Shown: positions 21,595 through 35,409, counted from the first letter of the whole stretch. The stretch is 63,795 nucleotides of DNA, filler included, from Pelomyxa schiedti (GCA_020536535.1; 13 parts of 13 records of this genome joined end to end with filler, not necessarily neighbours in it); one strand, 5' to 3'. Numbers and translations are program-made. Notes: a model not told the origin generated them from the letters alone.

Positions 21595-21976
21595 TTACTC
21601 CGCGTCCAGTACCCCACTCATCGTCTGTTCAACCACAACGCGGATAGAGAAACCGTGGTCGAGTCTTAGTAACACCAGTTAAGAATACTTGTTGCCAAAG
21701 ACGGACATTGGGTTTTTGTTACTGCAAACTTGCCCCTTGGAGGTAGCCAAATCGTTCCTAGTACAGATTACAGCAGAGGCACACATTGGAATCCTGTTTA
21801 GAAAGATATCCGCACTGAGAATCCACAAGGAGGCCTTCTTCGTTCCCTTGATTCGAAACAAAAAAAAAAAAAAGAAAAACCATCATAACAGAGAAAACGA
21901 AGGACAAGCAGCAACTGTACACTTTTTTCCAATTCAACAAAACATCCGATCACCGATCAGCAAAGAGAAAGAGAAG

Positions 21977-24900
21977 ATGAGCACCACACCCACTACCCCA
22001 GCGACCGGCGCCACGCCCGTGACCGCGACAGCAACAACCGCTGCCCCGCCAAAGCCGGCGTCTACCGCAAAGCGCGACAAACTCACCGCCATCGAGAAGT
22101 CGATACGAGATGAGTGGGAGGCCGCACACCTCCATGAAGCGGACGCGCCAGTTGTCGCTAGTAGTAGTACTGGCGGGACCGACGCGGCGTCGCTGCCCCC
22201 GAAGTTCTTTGCAAACTTCCCGTACCCTTACATGAATGGGTATGGCGCCTCCCTTTTGGTTTTTTGGTGGTATTTCCATTTTGGTTTGACTTGCTCTTTT
22301 TTCCTCTCTTACATCTTTTTTTTTTTTTTTTTTGTAGGCTTCTGCACCTTGGGCACACTTTTACTGTAACCAAGGCAGAGTTTGCAGTCAGGTATCAGAA
22401 ATTAAAGGGAAAGAACGCTCTATTCCCATTCGGTTTCCACTGCACAGGAATGCCCATCATGGTAATTAACTGGCATTTCTAAAATCTCAATTAATGTTGT
22501 CTTGTACAGGCTTGCGCCAATAAGCTTAGAGAGGAAATAAGACAATTTGGTTGTCCACCAGTTTTCCCAGGTTCAATTTTTTATTGGTGAAAATGATTTT
22601 CCTCAAAGTCCCTCTGTAGAAGTAGTACAGAAAGCAGAAGAAGACGCCAGAAAGGCAGCAGAGGAAGCTAAGCGACTAGCTGAAGCACCAGCTGCATCTC
22701 CTGCGCCTCCACCAACAACTCCCGCACCTGCACCATCTAAGAAAAATCAGAAAAAAAAACCTGCCACACCAGCAGCCCCTAAGCCATCTGCAGCATCCAG
22801 TGTTGACCCTACTCAATTTCATTCTCGAAAAGTATCTATTCTAGCTCCAGTTTCGTTTTTTAAGTTCTGTGAAGGTAAAAGTCGCCCAGAAAGGTGGCAA
22901 GCGTCAATGGGAAATCCTTCTTAGCAATGGCATTCCTCCTGAACAGATACCTTCCTTCCAAGATCCACTAACTTGGCTGAAGTACTTCCCACCACAGGGA
23001 CTTGTGAGTCTCCTCCACTCCCCCCTACGAGCCTTGCTTTCTAACATTACTGGTTTCAGACTGACCTCAAGTTAATGGGCGTAGCAGTCGACTGGAGAAG
23101 ATCATTCATCACCACAGAAGTTAATCCCTTCTATGACAGTTTTGTTCAGTGGCAGTTCAAGAAACTACAAGCCATGGACAAGCTGGAGTTCGGGAAAAGG
23201 CCTGCAGTTTATTCTCCAATAGACAAGCAGCCCTGTGCAGATCACGACAGATCATCAGGAGAGGGTGTCCTACCTCAAGAATATGTTGCAATCAAACTCG
23301 AGCTTGTCCCGCCATTCCCCGCACCACTGGCCTCACTTCAAGGGAGAAAGATTTTCCTTGTTGCCGGAACTCTGCGCCCAGAAACAATGTACTGCACATT
23401 CCCAACGTTTTACGTCCTCCCCGAACTAATCTTCTTTGCAGGGTTGGCCAAACAAACTGCTGGATACTGCCAGAAGGAGATTATGGCGCTTTTGAGATGA
23501 AAGACAATGAAATCTTCATCTGCACTCAGAGGGCCGCCAAAAGTTGGATTAGTGCCCTGCTTGCAAATTTAATCACAACGGAAAATAGATTTCTCTTATC
23601 AGGAGATGACTCCAGCTGCTGGTGTTGTTGTGTGCCTTGCAACACTTAAAGGTTCTGACCTCGTTGGTGCCGCTCTGAAAGCCCCTCTTTCTCCTTACCC
23701 TGTTGTCTACACGCTCCCGATGACAACAATTAACCCGGATAAGGTATCCTTATTCATCTCAGATTGCCTGAACAAGTTCTTATATTCAATAAAGGGTACG
23801 GGGGTTGTGACAAGTGTGCCCAGTGATTCGCCCGATGACTACATGAACTTCATGCAGCTTAAATCAAAGCCAGAGTATAGGAGGAAACTTGGAGTACGGG
23901 ACGAATGGGTACGCCTCCTTTAAGGGATTTCTTTCTATTAAATTGCCACAGGTTGAACCCTTCGAAATCATTCCCATAATTGACGTGCCTGGACTTGGCA
24001 AAAATGCTGCCGAGTTTGTTTGTAACAAGCTCAAGATTAAAAGCCCTCACGACACACAAGCACTTGAAGAAGCAAAGGGCGAAACATATCTGAAAGGGTT
24101 TTACACCGGAAAAATGCTTGTGGGTGCTTACGCTGGAAGGTTTTTCAGCTCCCTCTGGATTTTTTTTTTTTTTTCCTAAATATCTTCTAGACCTGTTCAG
24201 GATGCCAAGCCACTAGTGAGAGCAGACTTGATAACCTCAAAGCAAGCGTGTGTCTACCATGAACCTGCAAGCAAGGTAGCCGTCATTACCTCGGGTATTC
24301 GTCCAACGCATTCAGGTTATGTCACGCTCTGGAGATGAATGTGTTGTTGCCCTTTGTGATCAGTGGTTCCTGAAATATGGAGATGCCGAGTGGAAACGAC
24401 AAACAATGGAGTAATTCGACCTTATTCCCTGCCCTGAAAACTGATAGCCTACAGGCTAATGAAGAATATGACACTATACCACAGCGCAAGTGATGACATC
24501 ATGTCAAAAACTGTTGAGATTTTTACTCACTGGGGCTGCAGTCGCAGCTTCGGACTGGGTACACACCTCCCTGTGGACAAGCAGTATGTCATTGAGAGTC
24601 TAAGTGACAGTACAATTTACATGGCTTATTACACAGTTGCGCACCTTCTCCAAGGTAGGGCAATGTTTTCGAGTTCACACGTTTAACATTTCACTTCAAG
24701 GTGGTAACCTGGAAGGTACAGCTTCTCCACTGGGAATAAGACCGGATCAGATGACGTTTGAGGTGACAAACATATTCTGAACAGCAACATCTCAAATTTT
24801 GATTAGGTGTGGGAATACATTTTCAGTGATGGTGAACTGCCAGCCACAACTATCCCCAAAGAACACCTTGAGAGAATGCGCGCGGAATTCAGATACTGGT

Positions 24901-26449
24901 ATCCATTTGACTTGAGAGTATCTGGAAAAGATCTACTCAGCAATCACCTTGTCTTCTGCCTGTATAACCACGCTGCCATTTTCCCAAATGTACAATTTTA
25001 GTAATAACCCCCTCTTTGTAACACAACAACAGAAAGGGCCAAAAGCTTTCAGGGCAAATGGCCATCTTCTGATTGACAATGAGAAAATGTCGAAATCTAC
25101 TGGCAATTTCCTGTCACTCAGAGAAGCAGTCGATTTATACACTGCTGGTGTGATTCTAACTCCTCACTCAACACACTTTTCTAACCATGCTCTTTCCTTC
25201 TAGATGGCATGCGCATTGCCCTTGCAGATGCAGGTGATGGTATTGATGATGCAAACTTCCTGAGAAGCTCTGCTGATGCAAGTCTGCTGAAGCTTCACAC
25301 ACAACTTGAGTGGATAGAAGTACGTTATTTTTTAACAGTGTATCAATCTCACGGACATATAACCAAAGGATACTCTGGCTGATTCTGCCGTTTCCAAACT
25401 CGCGGATGGCCCATGTGACAAGTTCCATGATTTTGTGTTCGAAAGTCAGATGAACAAATACATTACTGAAGCTGACCAAGCTTATCAAAAGTATGCAGAG
25501 TTAATCTGTTTCAAACTTCTGTTTCTCAATTGCTTCCAGACTTAACTTCCGTGAAGCGTTACTTCACGCACTGTTCGACTTACAAGCTGCCCGTGACCAG
25601 TACCGTTCTGCAATGGAGGAGCTGTCAATTCCTCTTAAGCGGTGTCTCATTATGCGTTACATTGAAGCACAGGCGCTGGTCATGGCTCCTATTGCTCCCC
25701 ACTTTGCTGATCACATATGGAAGCGAATTCTCAAGCGCCCAGGGTTCGTATGGCGTGATGGACACTGGCCAGAAGCAGGCCCAGTGGACGAACTTGTCCT
25801 GGCGAAGAGCGCCCACCTTGAAAAAATTGCTTCTGACTTCCGGCAAGCAATCAAAGAGCACTGCACGCCTAAGAAGCGGAAGGCCCCAGCCAAACCCACG
25901 ACTGAGGGATCAACTACAGAAGCCAGCAGTCCTGCAGTAGAGGTCATTCCCTACCCACAAGTCGCTGAAATAGTTGTCTCTACTGCCTTCCCACAATGGC
26001 ACGTGAGAACCATTGAGATCCTTAATTCTGCATATGACGAGGTGAGCTTCACTTAATTCAGTATCACTTCTCCCAACTGTCACACAGACAACCAAACAAC
26101 TTCCATCCACTGCCAAGATAGCACCACTGATTACCGCGGATCCCCTTCTCAAGAAGAACACCAACAAAATCATGGCCTTTGTTGCTTTCATGCAGGTTGA
26201 AACTGGCCTTATCTGTTAGTCACATTACCTTTCCATTCTAATCCTTCCGTTCAGGAGGCGGTGGCAACCAAAGGCCGGTCAGCTCTGAGCCTGGACCTTG
26301 GGTTCAACGAATTCCAGCTCATACAGGAGCACCTTCCCTACCTCTCCAAGATAATCAAGATACCTACGCTTGCTGTAAGCACCACTGACAAGCCTGACGA
26401 AATAGCCAAGCTCGTACCTGGCAAACCTGCCATCACCTTCAAGTCCTAA
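21977..26449 (+). CDS. LARS: Leucyl-tRNA synthetase, cytosolic type, about 20 introns
   Basis: After splicing: [14 protein letters not shown] (HIGH motif), [56 protein letters not shown] (CP1 editing domain), [31 protein letters not shown] and KMSKS at about 25084. Confidence 0.97.
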
Positions 26450-26740
26450 ACAATAAAAGTTTTCCCTTTTTGACTCAATGCAGGAGTTGGTGTTTTGTTA
26501 CAGCATAATAAATCAGCTTACCACACACCTCAATATCCTTGGTTTCATCTTGCCCCAAAACGCCTCCTATCCAAAGATGATTCTTTTTTGAGTACCATAG
26601 GGCTGCAAAATCTTACATCACGTAAAAAACGGCCCCGCTGCGGAAGACACAACAAAGGTAACCACCAAAAAGTGTACGGACACTTTTTGGTGGGTAGTTG
26701 TGTAGCATGTCTCTGGTAGGAGTAGTAACAGGAAGGGTGC

Positions 26741-26880
26741 AAAAAAAAAGGGGAATTGGCCACCCCTGGATTCGAACCAAGATCTCATGCTGAATTTGCA
26801 CACTTTTGCACAGCGTCCTAAGGTGTGTGCTTGGCTCATGAGTGGAGCTTTAGGGTTGACTCGTATTCCAACTGAGCAAC
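26741..26880 (-). other. tRNA-like / Pol III-type remnant
   Basis: Minus strand has an A-box/D-arm-like GCTCAGTTGG (26868-26877), a T-arm CTTGG-TTCGAAT-CCAGG with B box (26768-26778), GGTGGCCA, then a T9 run. I could not build a proper anticodon arm or acceptor stem. Confidence 0.35.
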
Positions 26881-27330
26881 TTGTAATTGCGGCATCAGGT
26901 TTGAACATTGGCTTTGTTGTGATGACACTGAGTATGCTAAAGTTTCAAAATCACATCTGTGACAGCCAACTGTGTGGTGAATTGGATTGCCTACCTTCCC
27001 CCTGCCACAAACCCGTTTCTAAGTGACACCATCAAATTCATTTTAGCCACTCCAGGTCTGACCCCACCGTGACTCCAAAAAGCAGAAAAATTCATTGAGG
27101 TAACTGTAAACCATGCCCGATAAAAAAAACTCATCAACATCAATCGCCTCGGCGCTTCGGGGCATTGAAAGAGCGAATTTATTGAAATGACGGACTGGGT
27201 GTCCAACACGTCGTCTAGACTTACAGTTGGGTGCTTCTTTTGTTTTTCTATTTGTTGACCTGTGGGTGGTTTTTTTTTTTTTTCTGATCAGCACAAACCC
27301 ACTGGGTTGTGTGAATAGGAATCATACAAT

Positions 27331-30246
27331 ATGAGTAGCAATAGCAGTGGGAGTGAGATTGGATGGTGGATGCAGGTGTGGGAGGACGCGTGTTTATTCA
27401 TGAGGTTGTGTGTGGCGTGCCTGGCTGCTACTGTGGTTGCAATCCCTGTTGTTAGGTACACCCCGTTCTTGAAGATATCTGCTTACCTGCTTGTTGGAAT
27501 CCTTTGTGGTGTGCAGTACATTCAACTGACCCTTCAATTCCACAAGTTGTTTTGAAATTCTAAAACGAACCTCATGCAGGTCCATATATATTTGGAGTCT
27601 GTGTCAGTGAAACTAGCTGGGCATATTACATAGTAAACAAAACAGCCCTGTCGTTTATTGGGTTCATTGCCGCTCTTGAATTTCAAATGAAGGTTTGCCC
27701 CAACATTCATTTACTTGCTTTCTTCCCTTCCTTTTATTTCTCATGTTGTGGCAGTCTGTATGTATTTATAAATTTCTTCACAGTTCACAGAAAAACCTAA
27801 ATCCATAGTGTTGATGGCTGGAAAATCTGTCGTTTTTTGCATATTTGTCGGCACTCTAGGCGCTTATGGTCTTAGTTTTTGCCTGCCCTGGATAAAAGAC
27901 CAGTCAACAGAAATGTAGCCTTCCAATATATTTCGGTTCTGTAGTACAATTTAATGGGTGCTACAGAAGAATCGCATGTTCCCTACTTGCAGGGACCTTA
28001 AGTATGGCCAGATCTCCCAATATAGCTGTGGATATCGTAAAAGTGAATTTCTACTTCGAAATAAATTACAACCCAACAAAATAAAACAAACACTTAACAA
28101 ACAGAACCGAAATTTTCTTTCTAAGGTGCTTTTAATTTCTAGAGAGAACGTGCTGATGGACCATTCTCAAAAAAAGTTCTGGCATTATCTATGGCCATGG
28201 ATGCTGTAGTCATCACATGCTGGACAATATCCATGAATATTGTAGAAGCATTTGTTCTCAACACTGTAACATGTGCCATACCTTTTCAATGCCGTTAAGA
28301 TCTGACTGTAATTTTTTCAAAAGATGTGAGTGTTATTAATCTCATTTTGGAATTGATCCTATCAACACTTATGGCTTTTGTACTTGCTGCTTTGATTAGA
28401 CTAAGTTTTGGAATCCGAAAGGCATGCTATCTGTCCCAACATCTTTCATCTTATCTAATGTGACCCAAGCACATGCCCAAAAACACATCCCGCAAGGTTA
28501 GATACTGGGTTCGTACTATACTGAGGGGTTTGTTGATATGCATACTTGGATTTTGCACATTCTGGCTTAGTGATACACTTGGTGGAATCCAGTTCAACCA
28601 CGGGTATTCTCTCAAGATGGAACCGCTACTGTCCTGTACGATTGCAGGATTCGTGATAGGAAATTTGACCACCAAAAAAGTGCAATTTGGTCACGTGTTG
28701 GACGTTTTCGCTCCAAGTAATGCTCCATGTTCTAGTAAAACACAATAACACAATTTGACAGTTCTCCTTTTATTCTTTTTTACAATGGTTGGCTGTGGAC
28801 TGCATATCCCCTTAATAGCTGATATTTGGGCACTTGCATTGACAAACTTTGGCCTGCGATTAATATCGGTACGAGAGAACAAACTATTGGATTTAATTAA
28901 TCATCTTATAGTTGTTTCTGGCTAGTTCCATTGCCTTAAGGAGTAGGTTCCCTGTACTACAAAGATTGATTCACTTTACAGCGTAAGGCTTTTATCTCTT
29001 TTTTTCCACCATCTAATGATATTAGCTTTATCACTCAAGCAGGTGCATCTCTTGGGTTGAATTCCGAACTGCCATCTACCTTTGAAGATTGGGGGGTAAT
29101 TTTCGTACCAGTATGCGTACCATTTCATTCTCTGTAGATTTACCTCAGTACGGCGCTTACATGTGGTACTCTGCTGACACATCTTGTCGGCCCAGTAATA
29201 TTTCCTTACACATTGAGGATACTTGGGGAAGCAAATCAAGCGTTTCCCAAGGTAAAATTGCCTATTCTCATTACAGCTTGAAATTAAACTTCAAACTCTG
29301 TAGGACACCGTATTTGTACTCGGTGCAAATCCTCAGAGCTTGGGAATAGCAGGTACTTCTGGAAGTTTAGGCTCTTGATTAATCAATTCATGAAAGCCGC
29401 TATGCTCGATAGTAACTGGAACGTCGTTGTCTCTGATTTTGACGATAGTCGTCTTGAGGAAATGAGGCAACTTGCTGAAAATGCATTTCCAGTAGTTTCC
29501 CAGAAATCTGTTATATATGACGGGATTTTGTCTCTGTAAGTTTTCTTTTTTGTTGATTCCAAACTAATCTTCTTTTTCTAGGATATCCACTACCGCCTCC
29601 AGAAAGAAAAACAGAGGTATTTCATGGGTTTCTCTTTCAAGGTCTGAAGAAAGACTGCTCGAAAATCTTCACATACAGCCCACCGATGTTGTTCTCTGTT
29701 CTTGTGTTGCAGATGAAGACAACCTCCTACTTGCCAATGCGGCTCAAAAGTGTGGAGTTATTCGCCTTGCGGTACTTCCATTCAACCGCGAGAACAGTTC
29801 CATGTTCCTTGAAATCCAAGCTCTAGTACTAGGTTATCCCCATTTCCAATTCACATTCTCAATTCATACTCCAAACCCCAACACACAGTACACACGCTTC
29901 CTGCTCTACCACTCTAACCCGATTTGCTCCTAGAGTTAATTCTCACTTTTTTCCCACAGACCCAACAACCAGCATGGTGCGATACCTTGAAGAATCACTT
30001 CACAGTGCAGCACCCGGCACTATATATAGTTCCTTCAACCCGGTCATGCAACTACGTGGACTAGTGGCTGCCCCTGGCGTGTCTACTTCAGAAGGAGCAC
30101 TTGGTCTCAGCCCTCCCCTTAATGTAACAATCGAAACGGTGCCCAGACCTTCATCTACACCAGTGCCCGTGTTCATCACTGGTGATTTTGGCTCTGTACA
30201 AGTCCCCAATGATGTGAATGAACCACTCCTTGGAACCAACAATTGA
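27331..30246 (+). CDS. Cation/H+ antiporter (CPA family) with C-terminal RCK/TrkA-N-like domain, spliced
   Basis: LKISAYLLVGILCG/PY, ARSP..AV, ADGPFSKKVLALSMAMDAVVI, MEPLLSCTIAGFVIGN, LFFFTMVGCGL; tail ADEDNLLLANAAQKCGVIR. Confidence 0.7.
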
Positions 30247-30419
30247 ACAAAGAAAGTTTTTGATAACTTAAGTTTTCTCTTCCATGGCTTTCACAAGCCA
30301 CGGTTTTTTTGGATTTGGCCGAGAACAGAAGCTGTTACTATTTGGGTTACTCAGAGGTATTCTGTATGGGGGCAGCACTATATTTGTGTGTTAGTTTGGG
30401 TATTTTGTTTTGGAATTAG

Positions 30420-31773
30420 TCATACTGGATGTAGGTCTCGACCTCTTCTTGGTAGGCCAATGGGCCACAAATTGGTTGGTATCTGTGGCCAACAATGTAT
30501 CATGAGAGGTTCTGTTAGTGGTTGCCATTGTTGTAAATGAGAAAGGTTGAGGGAAATGGACAGAATTCCGCCAACAATAGCGCAATTTGTGTCCCTGTCA
30601 CCACCTTTTTAACAGAAATCAATCGCTTGAAGATATCAAAGACGTAGGTACTGACCAACACAGATGGTCATCCACATCACATCTTGAAACGTCATTTCCG
30701 GGTGAGTCAGTGCAGTCGCAGCACACCACAAAGTGAAACTAGGAGGAGTTAACAGGGAAAGCTGAATTAATGGGCATGTACGGCACTGTGTCCATGCAGG
30801 AAGTGTTATTGCCATTACCAAGCGCCGCTGAAGCCTGGGCAACAACAGTGGGATCCATTTGCATGGTGGATGCCGTGACTATCCCTTGCCTAGTCTGTGA
30901 TGTAGGAGTGTGGTGGAGAACGAATTCAAACAGTCCTGCTGCGGAGGGAGGAGTGTGCTCATAGACCGCTCTTACAACATATGCTGCCGCTAAAGCAACA
31001 GCAATGGCTCCTGCAGCTACAGAAGGTTTAAAACCAAACAAAACAAAAGGATAAAAACAAACTGGCTTCTTGATGGAAGTGAGTAACCTGAGCAGATAAT
31101 GTTGCCTCCTGAACAATCCTAGAAGGATCCTGAAATGCAAAGAATGCTCCTAAAGGAGCAACTCGCATAGCCGATCCATTCCCCCATCTTTTGCAATCAA
31201 AAGTAAGTGAACTTAGTTGCAGGATTTTGATAGAGGGAAGTGGCTGACGATCCAGTGCCATTGAATGCAGATGAACTCTCATGCTGCCAACAATCTGGGT
31301 CTGATTTGAACAGTTTTAGCATTTCCGCCATTTGGTTGGTGTATTCACGTGGTCCCATTCTCCTATCAAATTCAATTACACATTCAACATTATTGGGCCC
31401 AAATAGTTGCTGTGCTTGCAAAATATCTGCCAACAGAAAACCGTTTGGCGTTTGGCGCTAGTGAAGACGCTTACCAGTAATTCCTGCCCCACGCTCCAGC
31501 CAAGTCGGACTGATGCCCCACCAGTGTCCCATGCCTCAGCATCACCTCCACGATCCCAATCGCCATCGCCGTGTCGTCCGTCCAGTACCAAGTTGGTCCC
31601 TCTGGCAGCCTGCGCGCGGCCAGGGCCTCGGCCTCGGCGCTGTGCCCAAACTCGGATCGGAACGCTTCGCCGAACGCGTCCCCAGCAGCCGTCGCTTCGA
31701 GCGATGACAGCGTTGCCCGGCAGCCAAACGACGCCCTTTCGTCCCCCGGCACGTACACCTCTTCGCTTTGCAT
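30420..31773 (-). CDS. ADP-ribosylglycohydrolase (ARH/DraG family), spliced
   Basis: SLEATAAGDAFG, WTDDTAMA, GNGSAMRVAPLG, SAQVTH and GDRDTNCAIVGG: all the Mg-binding motifs of the family are present. Confidence 0.92.
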
Positions 31774-31951
31774 TGTTTGGTGGAACTAAATCTAGTGGCC
31801 TCTCATCAATCAAAGGGTTTGTTTTTGAGATGGCGTTTCCTGGGTGGGAAGGGAGGTAAGAAGGCAAAAGTGGATGTTTTAGCCATCACAAAAATAGGTG
31901 TGGGTGATATACAATAGGGGAATAGGGGTGAGAACTGGGTGCTGTTGCTTG

Positions 31952-34900
31952 TTAGGATCCCCAGGTGGAAAAGTCAAGTTGGAGGTGCTCTTTGGGGATC
32001 AGAATTTCCGCACCTTCCATGGTTTGCCCCGGCTTTTTTTCTCTGGTAGCAATGGATTCTAGTAGCTGTTTCATTACATCCTCCATGGAACCTCCCGGTT
32101 TCTGTGCTGCTCGCCGGGCAGCCTCTTCTTGTCTTTTCCGGACCTGTGTCAGGGTGTCTTGGATGTTCGCTTTGATGTCTTCGACATTGACAAGGCGTTC
32201 CATGTCATACCGTTTTCCCCTTCGCAGTTTCTTTTTGTTTTCTGGTTAGATATTTCCCCAGAAGGAGTTTATACCTCGATTTCGGATGAAGGCATGGATA
32301 TGCACTGCTCATGTTTAAAAAGCTCCTTCTCCCAGGTGCACATTAATTGATATGACTGATTGGGATTGTCAGGGAACTTGACAATGAAGAAAGGATATGT
32401 GTCCAGCAAAAAGGTAAGCACGTCTGCATGACTGAGTGCAAGGTAAGAGGTAAGGGTACCAAGTAATATTTCTTGCATACTCCCTGAATGCAGTCATATA
32501 ACTATCGGTGCATTTTTCAACTCCCTTTGCTACTTTGGAAAGTTCAGAGCTTCTAACTTGAGCCTCAACTTCAGCTTTCAATTTATCCAATGGGCGTGTG
32601 CGGACCTTTGTCATGTATTTTCGGGGGCCTTTGGTGCCCGGTGCTTTGCCGGTATCTCCCCCTGGGGGTGGTGGGGCTCCAGGCGGGGGTGGAGGGGGTG
32701 GAGCACCAGGTGGAGGAGGGGGTGGCGGGGGTGGCGGGGCACTAGGTGGTGCTGAGGACGTGGACTCTTCAGGAGCTGCCGAGTCATCAGTCTCGTTTGG
32801 TGGATCCCCAACGTCGGTCCTGATTACATGTCCAACCTCTGGAGGTAAGTTAGGTTACACTTGAGGAAAGCAAAGATGTCATACCTTTCATTTTCTTGAT
32901 TTCAGCTTGCAAATTCGAAACCATTGCCAGTAAATCTTTTATATTGGAATTTTGCATCTGAAGTGTTTTCAGAGTGAGTATTTGGGCGGGGTTACAGTTG
33001 TTTTGTGTTCATACTAACTTCGCGCTGAAGAACCTCGATCTGACTAAGTCGGTGGTGCATTTTTTCAATCTCCACGACAGTATTCACTGAAAATTGGTTT
33101 GAATGTTGGAATTATGGATGAAAGGAGGCTCAACCTTTGCCACTTGATGTCACAGACACAGAAGAAGTTGAAGTTTCAGATTTTTCCTGTGGTGCTGCAG
33201 TTGTAGGGGGGACTTCGGAATCTACTGGTTGAGTTGTTGAACTGGATTTGTCTGATGTGGCAGTTGTAACAGAAGTGGTGTCCACTGAAAGTGTTGAGGT
33301 TGTGTTGGCGGACAGAGTTGGTGTTGTGCTTGTAGCTGTGCTTTGAGTTGGACTGAGAACAGGAGAAAGAGGAGGCGTTGGTGTTGGAGCTGGTGTTAGT
33401 GGCGGGGTTGGAACTGCAGACATAAGGGAAACTGCTAGAGCAGGCGTAGGTGTTGGAGTAACTGGTGCTGGTGAGGCTGGAAGAGAAAGGGCCGGACTGG
33501 GTGAATTGACTGTATCTGGTGAAAAGGACTCAGATGTTGAACGTGAAAGCGAAGGTGAGTGAGGACTTGGTGTGTGTGGTATATGCGATTCCATAGATTT
33601 CTTCAAGAAATATTCTTCTAAAATGGGTTAGTTTTTAAATACTGTGACGATTAGGCGCTCACCGCAATGCACAAATTGTTCATTCTTCATATCCCAAAAC
33701 AAATCATCTACAATGCATTCCTCAGACTCACTTTCCTCAGTGTGATACATGTCTTGTAAACTACTTTGAGGAGGTTTCGGTTGACCTGCACGAGAAGCTC
33801 TTGCGTATCTCTCGTATTCAGTTTCAGGGCTATTCTGTGGGACATTTTAAAAAGAGTGCATAAATGAGGCACACACTGTTGCGCTGACACCAGGTGGAAG
33901 GTCAGGGACTTGAAGTTGTACTTGCTTTATACTTCCCTCCAAAGGAGGAGGTGCCAACTGAATATTCTTGATATCCTTGTTTGTTGTTGGATCTTATCAC
34001 TGGCTCTGATTGATTTACATACTGCTGCGAGCTTCTTTATCTCTGCATGCATCAATGCACGTGCACAATCTACGTTTCTAGTCATACAGTATTCGATAGG
34101 CGTTATACCAGCGGAATCGTGCATGGTCGGATCAAAACCTTTGCCAAAGTTTGAATAAAATCCAAGATATCCATCAAGAATTACCGCGCTCAACAAGGTC
34201 TACAACAAGGGCTACTGGATCGTCTTGGCTTAAAACGCCATCAAGTAGCATCCATCCGTACTCGAGTCCCTGCTCAGGGCAAGCATCCAAGTTCTGTTCC
34301 GTTTCATCAGTTTCTGTGATGGTCTTCACAGGTGGTGGTGCCAATTGGGTTTTGGTGTCTGATATCTCAGGGGTATAGTCATTAACAAGATTATCCGTTA
34401 GCGACGTGGAAGCACTTGACGAGTCGTCAGAGGGCGTCACAATTGTGAATGCAGCCTCTTCGTCCTTTTTTTCGTCATCTTCAGTGTGATTAGTGGTCGA
34501 TTCCAGGTGCACGAAATCGAAATCAGTGGTCAACTGTTCAGCCGTTTTACCCGAATGGCAAAGTGTTGTAGCCAACGTGGATGAGGCGCAGCAGCCGCCC
34601 CCACCGCTGCAGCTCTCGGATATTTCACTGTCCTTCTTCTCCGTGATTTGCATGAAATCTGCCACAGCCGCGTCCCCCGGAGGTCCTTTCTCGCCGCCGG
34701 TTTCCACTTTTGATCCCTCGATGGGCACTCGAGGCACCAAGCTGTCGCCAGCACTCCCAGTCCCGGTCTCCGTCTCGGTCTCAGTATCGCTCTCGACCTC
34801 GGCCTCGGCCTTGGCCTCAGACTCAGACTCACCCCCCAGCTCTTTTTTTCCCAGCACACAAGCCGAGGAACCAGGCGATGAACAACACAAAGACATCGCC

Positions 34901-35409
34901 GACGATCCGCACATCTCCAAGCCCAAAGTAGTTGTAGCGGTTGCCGTGGCCGTGTGCGTCGCCGCCGCCGCCGCACCTTCGTCCTCGCCGTCTCCATCTC
35001 CATCTCCATCTCCATCTCCATCTCCATCTCCATCTCCATCTCCGTCACCCTCCGCCTCTCCCTCCACTTCCCCTTCCCCTTCCTCTCTCTCGTCCGCGGC
35101 GCCTTCTGCGCGGCGGCCCACCGCATCGTCGTCGTGGCCGGGGCGGCCGCCCGTGGCCTCGTCGGAGCCGCCGCTGCTCCCGCCTCCTCCTGCGGCGCGC
35201 TCCTCCGGCTCCCCCCCTTGCCGGCCGCCGTCGCCCTCCCGTCCACCGGCTTCCATCGTCTCCGCAGCGGGGGGAAGATCCTTGCCCCCGCCCCCCGCGC
35301 CGTCCCCGTGGCCGGGGGCGACTTCGACCGCAGTCCTCGTCTCTTGTTGCTCCTGATGAGGTGTCGAGGCAGTCGCATCGGCTGCTGGTGCCGTTGTGTT
35401 GCCCATCAC
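31952..35409 (-). CDS. Large hypothetical protein: acidic low-complexity N-terminus, ankyrin-like segment, S/T/P-rich linker, coiled coil, poly-proline tract
   Basis: Chain of minus-strand ORFs (34174-35409, 33927-34196, 33708-33890, 33130-33606, 32369-32800, 31952-32203) separated by short intron-like gaps. GFDPTMHDSAGITPIEYC is ankyrin-like; poly-Pro runs at about 32660-32745. Confidence 0.6.
34992..35041. repeat. (TCCATC)n coding microsatellite (Gly-Asp repeat)
   Basis: About 8 tandem TCCATC units. Confidence 0.9.
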
